From the NCBI GenBank assembly GCA_964057225.1, contig OZ059895.1, positions 6,014,001 through 6,078,000 on the forward strand: a stretch of DNA of 64,000 bases, in the 5' to 3' direction. Both the position numbers and the translations under genes were made by a program. This stretch comes from Auanema rhodensis. Lineage: Eukaryota; Animalia; Nematoda. A model generated the notes under the pieces. It was given only the letters and a program-made list of their open reading frames with translations. It made no database searches and had not been told where the DNA came from. Shown piece after piece: positions 51,568 through 64,000 of the stretch; the stretch's first letter is position 1; every line of letters begins with the position of its first letter.

Positions 51568-53843
51568 CTAGTAAAATCTAAGGGCATGCTGATTACCATT
51601 TAAACAGTGACCAGCTCCAAAATGTTGAGAACTTGAATTGCCTCTAGAAACAATATTCAAATTCTATAAAGCGTTCTATCGAGTTTACCTATTATGTGAA
51701 TATTTCTGAGAGTAAGAATTACGGGATTGGAAAGGAAGACTTCTAAAATTTTGGGCAATATAGCTGAATTTTGCATTCGACTTTGATTTTCAGAAAACAA
51801 CTTACCGGGGCTGGCTTGAATAATATTCTTCTTCTAAAATGGTAGGGATACGAGGAGCATTTCTCATCAACGGACGATGTAGATCAAACCCGGACCCGCG
51901 AGCGTGACGAGACTGAACGTGGCGTGACTAAGGATACAAAACACGTTCCCAAATTAAAAAGGAATAACATACCTGCCAACAAGAATGGCAGAAATAACGG
52001 AAACAAGCACGATCTCGACAAAAATATGGTCCTGGAACTCTGTTGCACATCATGCAAGGAGCATCTTCCAAGAAAGGGTCGATTTGAACCTTTTTTCCTG
52101 GAAATAATATAAACATTAACGAAAAAACGAGTCTTCAAAAATGTTTTTTTCAATAATAACAAAAAGCCAAGTATGCAAGTTTACATACCAAATTTACTAG
52201 TTTTGATTTCCAGGAAAGCAGATTCAATAGCTCGGAAGTATGAAGAATGTGAACGGAAAGTAACTCGACCACTACCTGAATTGAATACAACAAATGTTGA
52301 CATCAAAAACAAGAAAATGTCACCTATGGGATATTTATACTTATCTGTATCAATTCCAACAAAAACAACGTTTCCATACAGTTCTTCCATAATTGAATAC
52401 AAAACGTTAGCTGTAATCATTCCATGAAGCGCACCAACAAATACCTAGATAGCGTTAAGTTATTATAACAGCATTTTAGCTAATCTTACGGTTTTCTTAG
52501 CATCCAAACGACAACCAGGATCAGCAACATAAGAGGCATCGGAAACAACCCATGGAATAATTTGGACCTAAAAATCAGACAGACAATAAGACGTTGTTAT
52601 CAGAAGGGTACCTGACGAATTTCAGTTGTTTGGTTTCTTCGAGCTCTAAGTTTGAAATACCATTCGCCAGCTGACCCAAACTCCTGAAAATATAGATTAT
52701 TATACGGTTTCAAGATATCAGAAACCTGAGAGCAATCTTTCAACAGAGATTTCACAGAAGTTTCATATTCAAAGATCATATAAACGTATCCAGTAGCCTG
52801 AAAAAAAGCACGAATCTTAAAATTGTAAGAAATTAAAACTAGCCTTTCCTCGTGGAGAATCTCTCATCTGCGAACGAGAATATCTGGGTTCTTTACCAGG
52901 CCATTCTACATGACAGGCTCCATAAACACTAAAGGCTTCCATGAGGGCGTCCTCAGTGATATCCCATGGAACTGAAGTTTCAGAAACTAATTACAGTAAT
53001 TCATAATCTAATATTCACCTCCACCAACAAATATTTTGCATGAAAAAAGTGGATGACTATAGTTTCTAGGAGGAAGTTCGCCATTCCAAATGTAGGCAGT
53101 CCTCTGAGGTCTTCTACTAATTGTGTTCACGTGCCCAGCTGCTTCTCCTGTCATTGAAGGAGAAGTAACAACCTATAATGCAAACAAATGAAAGGTATTT
53201 GAAAAATCTATATCTTACCGACTCATCTGAAGATGTGTCATGTCTGTAAGTTGGTGCACTTGGTTTCACGGGTTCGGGTGGATAATTCTATAAATTCACA
53301 GCTTTCAATGAAATTACGAAAAAAATAAACCACTAATTGCATAAAAATGTACTGTCTTTGTTCCTTAGTCCATTTGGAACAATCACTAGGCAAACTACCA
53401 ACGAACATGGATTCATGGTCAATGTTAGGCAAATTCATTTGATTTTGCTGTCGATTCTAAAAATATAGATTCAATGGTTTTAAAATACAGTGTTCTACCG
53501 GAGGAGTAACGCTCAACTCTTCTAGTGATTGAACTACATCACAATCTTTACAATGATTCATGGATTCCGCTCTCGGCATAGCAGCACTGTCTTCTAAACC
53601 AAAAATTCTAGAGTGAATAGCTGGAAATTTATATACTACCAGATATCTTTTCTAGCGACTGATCAGGAGAGTTGCTATTGATCTCTTCAGGGTCACAATC
53701 GAATGCCTCCAACTTGCTTTCTTGCTCGTCATGAAAGCATGTCGATATTTAGTTATTAAACAAAGTATGCTTACCGAATAACTGTTGGAATTATTCAAAA
53801 CACTCTCCGGAGCGGACAATAAATAATTACAATTTTGATCCAT
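51568..53843 (-). CDS. cpb-3: Cytoplasmic polyadenylation element-binding protein (CPEB1/Orb-like)
   Basis: [51 protein letters not shown] finger [20 protein letters not shown]. Confidence 0.92.
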
Positions 53844-54285
53844 GATTACAATATTTTATTACAGAATTTCGTAATCTGTAAATTACAATAATAATAACAA
53901 ACAATGAGATATATTTCTTTAGTCACCTCCTGTACGATAAAATGCTATTTTAACTATTACTAAAACCTAACGATGTATCAACTGAAATATTCGGAAAATA
54001 TTTGAATAGATAAATATAAATTAAGCTTAATTAAGAAAAACATATTGTCCATTTATAAATCAATACTTTTCAGAAAAAGTAGGATTTCATCCAATTAGGA
54101 CCTTTTTAAAGACCTTAATGGTCCTTGAACTTAACCGAAATTACCTGTTTAAATTTTAAACATATCTACATGGAGCTGAGTATCGATGCGACATTGGAGG
54201 AGAGAGATTTAATATTTTATTTTAAAAAATTTGTACACGCAATAAAATTGTTTTAATGGCTATATCATGAAGAGACTAGGTCATT

Positions 54286-57200
54286 TTACCAGAACGGGCA
54301 CCATCCTATATAGGCTTGGCATAAATTTTCTGCAAGTGTAGCTTGTTCTATAAGTTCATCTATTTGATGTTTCACTGAAATCTCTAAAGGATCCGAAATA
54401 TAACGGCCAGCTGGAAGTGGGTGAACTCAAGACAAAAAATGTGGCTCTAAAATACCTGACAACTTTTCGTTAATTTTTTTCATAACCTCTTCCGAGACGA
54501 TTCTAGGTGCTTCTCTTTGAGCAATTGCAGTTTTCTTTCCATATTCCTTCTGTTGTCCGGGATCCTTTTTCGTTCCTATAATCCCGTAATTTTATTCAGA
54601 AAGCCTATTTAACACTACCGTCCAAAAGACGCCAATTAATCACAGGATCATAAACAAAAGCTTCCAATACAGCTAGTAAACTTTCCTGAAAATAAAGTTT
54701 TCTTAATAGTAGTAGCAGAACTCACCTTATTTGATCTCAAAAGCGATAAAACTTGCTCACAGGTAAATCTGTAAATGCCATCAATTCCTGTGACTTCCAT
54801 AGCCTAAATACGGAGAGTGAGAGTTGTTTTTTTTATTTGAATATTACGTTGATCAGCATTCGAGTTAACCTGAACGGAACACGCTCGGGGAATTTTTCTC
54901 GAGTCATAGCTACATCGAAACAATCACCAAAATCAATGTGAACTATTTTTCCAGTCAGACGATCCAGCATCAAATTCGAAGGATGTCTGTAGCATTTTTT
55001 ACTACCTTGTACACTTAAATGGGATGCATACCGATCTCCCAATCCGAGAATATAACCAACCATTGACATACAAGCGACAGAGCGTGTGTAATTTGTGCGA
55101 CGATCAAACCATACTTCGGAGCTAAACATTAAAATACAAAGTCTATAGTTTTAGATCGTAATACCTAGGACTTTTCAGCCAAAGAATCTTACGCAAATCG
55201 TCTCCAGGGTTATGATTCAGAGCACTTTGAAAAACTTGCATCTTAAACACAAAATAAGGCAGATATATATTTGCAATATACCTTTTGCATGATTGTTAAC
55301 TGATCAGTATCCGGAGCAAACTGTTGCATCAATTTATGTTCTTGTGAAAGCGAATGTTTCTTTTTCTCTCTATAATCTTTAATCATGGAGTGCAGTGTAT
55401 CACAATTTGGAATCCATCCTATCAGACCGGAATTTTGGCTAAGTGCGGTAATGGAGTATCTCTGGAAAATTTCATTTCTGATGCTAATGTATTGTAGGTT
55501 TGAAACTTCAATGGTTAAATTTCGTCTACACGTTTCCGCATTATTTACAAGTAGAGTATTTACTAATCCAAACAATTGCATGACTCGTTCATCTTGTCTG
55601 GGATCTTCATGACCCTTTAACAAGAAGGTATATTCCAAACCATTACTTCCTGAACAAATGTAAATCTATTGAAAATTTTCATTAATTTTATCAACCTCGC
55701 ATAGTCATTTTCCTAGGTCTTTGTTTACTGCTTATAATACTAAGATGTGTTCCAACAGAAGATATTTTTATAACAGGTGAATTAGGATCATAAGTTCCAG
55801 GTACTGCTAATTCTAGATTCTAAAAAACATTCATTTGAAAGCCTGCCAATGAAAACTAAAAGTAACCTTAGATCTCATTAGCTGAGGACTAACATAATTC
55901 AAATCTAATGAACTTAATTGCCGAATTTGTCCAGCAATGCGTTTAAAGATCTAAAAAATTTCTGATTTTTTGTAAATAGCAGCCATCTGTAACCTGGCAG
56001 TAAATCTCCCAGGCTTGAGAAAGTTCTTTCTGGTTCTCATTTTTTTCATAAGCTAAACAGAATTTAAAGGCATCTGTGAGATCAGCGTAGTAAGTCTATA
56101 ACAAATATACTAAAAATTAAAGTTTAGCCATATAACAACTTGATTGAACGACTGTTCCTTTAATGTACTGGAACCAGCATCAATCATGTCATGCATTGGC
56201 CTAAGGATTTCCATCATAGCTTTGAAATCCTTTTCCTGAATAAACAAAATAACAATATCTCGGAAAACCCAAGAACCTGGAAGTACAATCTACTGGCATC
56301 ATCTAAAGCATCATGCCATTGCTCATGCCACAAAATTGCACATCGAACTAATTCTTCCGAAACCAATCTAGCCTAAATTGCGAAAGCCTTAATTTTTGAT
56401 AATTGACAAAAAAATGCCTCATCAACTAAGCGGCTATGTATTTCGCCCATCATATGTAACATCTCTTTGGCATTAGCTGCACGATTTTGATTGGTTGACT
56501 TCGAAGCAACAGTAAGTGCATAAACGAGAGCCTTAAAAATAATTTGCATATGAAACACTCAGACGGGAAATTAATATTGAAAATATATTCACAACGAACT
56601 TACTTGAGGTCTGGTTTTCGAAACCTCATGGATAACTTGCTTGATCAGTACTGCCATTTTGTGAGTGGAATCCAGACGTGCCATAAGTTGAGGAACAACC
56701 TTCAATAGAATGACATTAATGGGAATTTAAAAAAATATTACTTCAAGCCATGTTTCCACAGGAAGTCCTTTAATACTTTCTCGAAGTTGAGTGTATACGC
56801 TATCATCTTCGCCATAGTCGAACCATAGTTGGAGCAAGCGAAGGGTGTCCTCTAATCGAGAACCAGGAGCAAGCATAAGAGCTTTAGCGAAACAGTGAAC
56901 GGCGTTCTTAGCATGGTACAGGCAAGGTTTAACCTACAAGATTAAAACAATTAAATAATTTAGATAATATTGAATTAACCGGAACAACAGGCTGTATTGG
57001 ACTCAAGGATCGGTGGTCCATATACATCGTTCCAGGAATAGGAATGTCTGAATATATACAATAACAATTTAATTATTCACAGCAAACCATTCAAATCAGC
57101 TGACAAGGGTTGTGGTACCATGATTGATTGATGCATGCTTTCGGGAGTTCGATTATAAGAGAATTTTTGAACTAACACTTTTTCTCTGTTCATAGCATGA

Positions 57201-60200
57201 AGATGTGCACATGCTAGCTTATGCCACGCCTACAGTCAACTTAAAAAAAAGAAAAAGATTGTTTTAAATACCTTATGCCATTTCTGATCATACTCTGTTG
57301 CTTTTGTATAACAAGCAATTACTTTTTTGGATACTTCCAATTCGGCCGGCGACATTAACGATGCAGGCTAGACCATAATATTTTTTATTAAAAAGCCTAA
57401 TATGGAACATACTTCATCCATCGTTGATTTACTCATAGCTTTCATAGTACCATGATGACTCTTATCATATTCCGGAACTATAGAACTTCTTCCAACACTC
57501 TAGATTGGAAAAATCATAAAAATTTTGAATTAGCGAAATTACTCTATTCTTTTCATCTTCAATAGATAATGCTTCTGTCCATTGTGCCAGTTTCAAAAAT
57601 GCTTTTGCACAAAGTCTAGAAGCTTCAGATGTATGATAAATAAGAGGTTTGTCTAGTTGTTTCACAAGTGTGTCTAAGGTGTTAACTGCACATTGCTTAG
57701 CATTATCGATCCATAATTGCTTACAGTAAGCTAAGACCTATAAAAGAAGGATTACAGTAACGTTATTAAGTCCAAGTACTAGCCAGTTGAGGCTTGTCAC
57801 TGGGAATGGTTGCTTTTTCCATTGGTGTGTCAGGGGATATGTTCAATAAATCCCTTAAAACTCCTCGACACATAGATAATTTTCCTTGTTGACGGCAAAG
57901 CGAAGCAAATTTTACACGTAGTGGATGCATCTCTTGAGGAGAGAGCACGAGCGAACTTAAAAAAGTTTAACTCAGAAAATAATTATTTCTCTGAGACATA
58001 CCGTAGCATCAAGAGACGTTGCCAATGTTCAATATTTTGGCTGCAACCTTGAAGACGTCGACTCCACAGCAAAGCAATTCGTGGTCTTCGTTCAGGACGA
58101 AGCTAAAGTTGATGTTTAAAATTATATTATATCTGTGACCTACTTTATATTCGATAGCTTCCTCCAATTCTGCTAATTGCTGCACTTGAATCATAGCGCC
58201 GTAAGCTCTTTCATAACTTTCACTAGCCATTGCTGTCAGCTCACTGTCATACATATCCCGAACCTGAAATAGAGTGTAATATATATTAGTAGAGCATCAA
58301 ACAAACTTTATTGATATAATTAGTAGCTTGGATATAATCCTCATTGCGAACTGCCAGAACAGCTCGTAATAATGCTCCATCTTGACTATTTTCGTTGATT
58401 TGTTGAACATATTTACTCATTTCATCCCAGTTACCTGAACAAGAAATAAATGAGATTTTTTAAACTATAGCAGCTTCTATTTACCAACTGCCCAAGCACC
58501 GCGAGAAGCAATAACAGTTACTTTCTGATCTTTCCCGACCATGGTTCTAGCTCTTTTGTTTAATTCTGACCAACTGCAATGATTATATTTTAAAAACCGA
58601 AAAATTACAGTTATGCCTTACTTTCCTAAAGCCTCCAGGCATCTTAATTCATGAGCTGTAATTTCTTCATAATTTCGGCGATATTCAGCAATATGAGCTT
58701 CGCTATCAGGATACTTATTTTCACTCAAAATAGCAATATTCTTCTCATATGTGTGCCTATCTTTCTATAAATAAAAAAAATTTTAAAAAAAAGTTTTATT
58801 CAAATACCTCATAAGATTCTAGAGCTTTTTCCCATTCATTAAGTTTTTCATACCATCTACCTTGCATCTAAAATATTTTCAGGAGTGATGAAGTTCAAAT
58901 AAAAAAGTATTCAGCATACGGGAATCTCAATTCTTCTATACTCGGCATAGCGAACAACTCCAGCTGCCTCTTCGTGGACATTCAATTTATTTGCAAAGCT
59001 AAAGAAAAAAATATTAAATGCTTAAATGTTATACTCAGTACGTGATCAAAGACTGGCAATCTTCAGAATGCAGATTATTCTCTCGTTTGCTGTCAAGAAT
59101 TTCATTTTCCGTGTATCGTAGGCCTTTAGCATAAGCCTTAGTTTCTTCTGCACTTCTTCTTAACGTTTGATATCCAATGGGTAATGGTCCCTGCAAAGCA
59201 ATATAGTACGGATTAAAATAGTGAATGATGTGTACCTTCTCAGAATGATCCATAAACTCAGCTAGGTTCAAAATTGTCTGAATTACATCAGGGTGATCAC
59301 TGTGTCGAAGAGCATAGCTGAGTGCATTTGTTACGGCGTCTTGATCTGGCTGTTTCAATTCAGTCCACACAGACATGAAGGCTGCATTGAAAATATTTCT
59401 GAAACATAGTTTCTAAGAGTTTTTGTACACAACACTTACTTAGCCAAGTGAGGATAGATATCACTAACTGATGCTGCCGCTCGAATAGCAGCAGAACTGC
59501 CTGATTTAATAAATGCTAATCGAAGCTTAATAAGCCATTGAGACCAGTCTTCTTTTGAGCTAAGATCATCAACACGCCATGCTTCTGATACTACTTCAGC
59601 ATTCAGCCGTTGCTTATTGACAGCTTGACTATACATTTGAGCATTTGTTGGTTGCCCTTTCCGAAGACGATAATCTGGCTAAAAAATGATACAACTGTGA
59701 AATCGGATCACATTAAAAATCGGAACCTCAGCCACTGCTTTCGTGCCATCACCTCGCTTTGGACGTTGGTTATCCGGAGATGACATAACCGTTTGATAAC
59801 ACTCTAGAAGTATATAGTGAAAACAATTGTTTCTATGTGTTAAAAAACAAACCTATATATTGATTATAAAAATTGCTATTCAATAAGCCATGCTTTCTCA
59901 ATTTATGATCAACAAATCGTTTAAAGACTTCGAAATTTTTCCACATCTGAATAAATTGAAAGCTTATATTATTATTAACTTAATTTACCTGTAGAATAAC
60001 AGCTTTAATCAAATCTAAAAGAAGGTTTTCTAATTGTTGATTTTTGAAAAGATTCATTTCAAAGCACTTGAACCACGTTTGCATCAAACGTGGAGCAAAA
60101 TCGGAAACATCACTACGTTCAATTATATATAACACAGTCTCTGAAAAGATTATACAACTTAACTTTTAAAAAAAGAGAATAATACCTAATGCTAATTTTT

Positions 60201-63200
60201 TAACAGTTAACGGAACAGCAGCTTCTTCAATAATGGAAAGAACAGGAGGTAGAACAAGTTGTAAATGAGGTGTCAAACAATCAGATAATGATTTTACACA
60301 AGCAAGAACCTAAATTGAAAATATAACTATCAAAGAAACCTGGAACATACTTGAGATGTAATTTTTCTTTCGGAATCACGATCAGCTTGAAGAACTTGTA
60401 ATAAATAAGGAATGAGCTGGGCAACATGAGGTGAGAATTCAGATTCTAAAGCAGTACCAATCTGCTCTAATACACTAACTATAGTAATTTTTATGGTACT
60501 GTTTTCAGACCAGGCTTCCTAAATTGCAAGAATAATTAATTTGTATACTGAAAGCTTTAACTCACCGCAATCAATGCAAAAAGTGCTGGTATATAAGGCT
60601 TCGCATGATTTTTAATTATTCCAACAAGACTGGCCAATTGCCGCAAGAAAAATTCTCTTTGTGAAGGCCTATCTTTGCAATTCCTTGTTACTTCAATCAG
60701 ACGAGGAACAACCTAAATTTCCAGAAAATATATTTATAAAAATAGTGTTACTGAATGACCTGTTGAACATATTGAGGATATGTATCACCCAAGCTTCTGA
60801 AAATTGTCAACAACGCTTGAGCAATTTCTTGATAGTGCTGAATAAGTGCTTTGTCTTGGACCTGAAACCAGCACTAAGCAAAAACGTAAGAACAATATTT
60901 TACCATGATCATCAAGTTAGCAATAGTAATTGCTGGATAAAACTCTTCTAATGTGCATTTCTCATAGTTGAACCATTGGATAATATCTAATTATGATAAT
61001 ATATATGAAACTAAGAGTAATGATGAAAGTAAAACCTTGTCTCGGATCAGTAGAGTCGTGATTACTGCTAGGTTTAGATAAAGCCATGCTAATACGAGTA
61101 GATGACTGAACAGATCCAGTGAAAACCTAGAAACATTTTTCTAGTACACAAAATAAATACAAAACTTACCTTATGAGTGTATGGATCTATGGCTCCTAGG
61201 ATTCCTAAGACTTGAATAGCCTGACGACGCATACTAGAAGACATTTCGGTTTTCAGTAATCGAAGAATATCATCTAAAAGATTAGGATAGTCGCGATATG
61301 GATCAACTACATATGCTGTAGCTCGACACATTCTTCCAATGCACTGTAGTGTTGCCTAAACATTAAGAATAATGAATCAATTAAAAGTAATTTATCAATA
61401 CTTCTCTTCTTTGTAAACTGCTTGATTCAGACACTAATACAGTTAGTTGGCTGAATAGCGGTTCAATACATTTAACTACTTCGGAACCACCAACAACACA
61501 AAGCTCTGAGATAGCATGTAGAACTTGAACCGTAACGTCAACATGCTGAAATGGAAATAATTTGAAAAAGACAAAGTTGGGTGTTTACCTTTTGCTCTAA
61601 TCTCAACTTTGGTAATAATGCTGTAAATAATCCACCTAAATAAGGCCTCATAAACTTTGGATTTTGCCTAGCAATTTGTACTAATAAGCGAGCACTATGC
61701 TGTTCAAGTCTAAAATGCTACTGATCATTTTCAAATAGAAGACTAAGAAAATACCTTGACTGTCCACTATTACTTAGCTGATCTAAAGTTTCCAGAAGAA
61801 CACGACGAAGACGTGGGAGCACCAAAGCAGGATTAATTTCAGATAATCGGCCGACTAGGCTGACTGCTGCTTCCTGCATATCAAGCTTCTCGTCATGCAA
61901 GCTCATAAAAAGAAGTTCGAGCATTTTTGGCTGAGCAAGATGTGATAAAAACTGATTGTCAGCTTCCACAAAACATTTAAATACGCATAGTCTAACGACA
62001 AGCTCTTAAAATAAGTATTTGATTTTATAATAGATTCATGTCTAACTTTGATCCATAACTCCGACACTAACTAAGCACTTTAAAACTCCATGAATAAGTT
62101 CGAGAACCCATTGTCGATGTTCTCGGTGGACACTGGTGAAAACTTGAATGAACGGACGAAGAATGTTGGTACAGCAGCGAACAGCGGCTAATCTAACAGG
62201 AACAGAATCCGCCAAAAGATAACCCTACAGACAATATTTCATAAAAATATATTTCTTAATAAAAACCTCAGCTATATATTGCATACACATTTGTAAGGAG
62301 TGCCGTTGGAACTTAAAACTACCAAATGTTTCTAAAGCCAACACTTTATCGTTTTCATCTTTGCCAGGCTGAAAAATAGGAACTAAGATAATCTAAGGCA
62401 GTTAGTATTGTAATACCTCAACAGTGATCACTGTCGACGGTAAAATTGGTTTACGGGGAGGATCAATTTTAGCAGGTAATGTTTGTCCTGAACATACTAT
62501 ATATACATACGACATCATATAAATGTTAACCTGTTAAAGTTTTGTATAAAACTTTCATTAAACCATCTTGAACATCAACAATCAATGCTGGAATATTACT
62601 AGTAATTTCGTGAAGAAGTCCAGTTAATCCTTGTGATAAGGGTAATTTAAGTAAATTATCAAGAATAGCTTTAATTTCGTTAGATGCGTCAGCTTTATAG
62701 GCTCGAACATATAACTTGAGGTAGGTAAAGACTTGGACATCGACATATTTTCTGGAACATAACATTTGAAAATTAGAAGTAATTCAGTTACAAACTTTTG
62801 TGACCCGCTATAAATTATATCATGGCATTTGGTTGTGATTTTCTTCGCCTTTGTAGCAAACTTGTCAGGCTGCTGTAGAATGATGAGACCTAATGATATG
62901 AGCGCTTTGGACAAATGACTTCTTTCCCACCTTTAAAAATGCATTATTAAATACATACATGTTGAAAAAAATAATATTACATAGTTTGCATTTGAGTGAA
63001 AAAATGCATTCTCTGTTCAACTAAACAACAATTTTCGAACGCCGATAATCGAGGGAGAAGCTCAAGCAAAACGGACTGCAAGAATTCAGATTCATATATA
63101 TTCAGCAAGGACTTCACAATTTTACCTGGACATGAACATTATTAGATTTTTCTATTCCAGAAATAGCTCGCACGATCTAATAATATTTACAATTACTAAT

Positions 63201-64000
63201 TGTTATATATATATTCATTTACCTTAGTAAAGTTTTCTCTAACCAAACCTTTGGCAGTGGTACTCTCTACAGTAACAGAAAATCTTGAAACAAAATATTT
63301 TTTATTGTTTTAGAACAGGCGCCTACCTAGGTTCAGTTAGCCATTCAATAGGATCTTCAATAGAAGATGCTTTACGTTTACTACCTTTAGCTTCTAAATG
63401 AGTCTTTTCAAAATTAGCATCAGCAATACGGAGAAGCTCATTCAATACCTGAACGAAATATTCTTAACCGTTGCAAACAACATTAAATATTATATGTTTA
63501 ATGAATTAATTTCGAAAAAATGTATAATTCATACCAGAAGCATGGAATGAGACCTTTCATCTACAGGAAAGGAATGATGATCGGAGCTTTCATAAGAAGC
63601 AAATGCTTCTTTAATGCACATCTGACAAAGCACTTCATTATTTATATGTAAATTATAAAACTTGCCTGGTACCATTCAGTTTTTTGCTTAGCTTCTCTCT
63701 GAGATGTTATAGTTAAAGCTGCATGGAGCGCTTCTGTAGCCTGGATTCTAATATTGTGCTATAACGGGAAATAAGATTAAACAAACAGAGCAAACGGATA
63801 AACCTTAGGATCACGGATAACAGCGAAAATATTGCGGAAAAAAACATTAGCACGTGAAAAGAAAGAAGTAGATGTGAACATCGCCAACTCTCGAGCTAAT
63901 AAAACAGCGGCTAATCTTCTTATAGAATTCCCACTTGATTCCTATAGACAATTGCTTGTTTTAACTTTACTCTGCTTTAGATACCTGTAACCATTCTAAA
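54286..64000 (-). CDS. let-363: TOR kinase, 5' end outside window
   Basis: HEAT and FAT exons, FRB ([19 protein letters not shown]), kinase LLKGHED..LGLGDRHPSN..HIDFGD, FATC ending [12 protein letters not shown]. Confidence 0.98.

Noticed and set aside
56252-56272. TOR intron segment resembling SL2 intron sequence (TGGGTTTTCCGAGATAT on the minus strand)
   Set aside because: Short match inside a ~40-nt intron with no leader, Sm site or PSE. Probably chance.

Overview
AT-rich, gene-dense eukaryotic DNA from a rhabditid (clade V) nematode. Evidence: mostly 40-50 nt introns, TTTCAG-type acceptors, SL2-type operons and cuticle collagens. Protein genes in order: smgl-1/NBAS (5'-truncated), an unknown Ser-rich gene, a secreted Cys-rich mucin-stalk GPI protein, two cuticle collagens, a divergent DEG/ENaC-like channel, mdt-18, dbr-1, kin-10, a PHAF1/UPF0183 gene with dma-1 nested antisense in one intron, fcp-1, rbpl-1, rnt-1, cpb-3 and let-363/TOR (5' end beyond the window). 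The C. elegans orthologs I recognise are, from memory, chromosome I genes. The main signal not shown by the ORF track is a 1.1-kb small-RNA cluster between the two collagens (18127-19248). It holds two SL2-type spliced-leader RNA genes with variant leaders and a non-canonical Sm site, followed by a U1 snRNA gene. All three share a 17-nt promoter element (YACCCATAnnAGRTACG) at -58/-57. Exon structures were read by eye, so internal boundaries are approximate.
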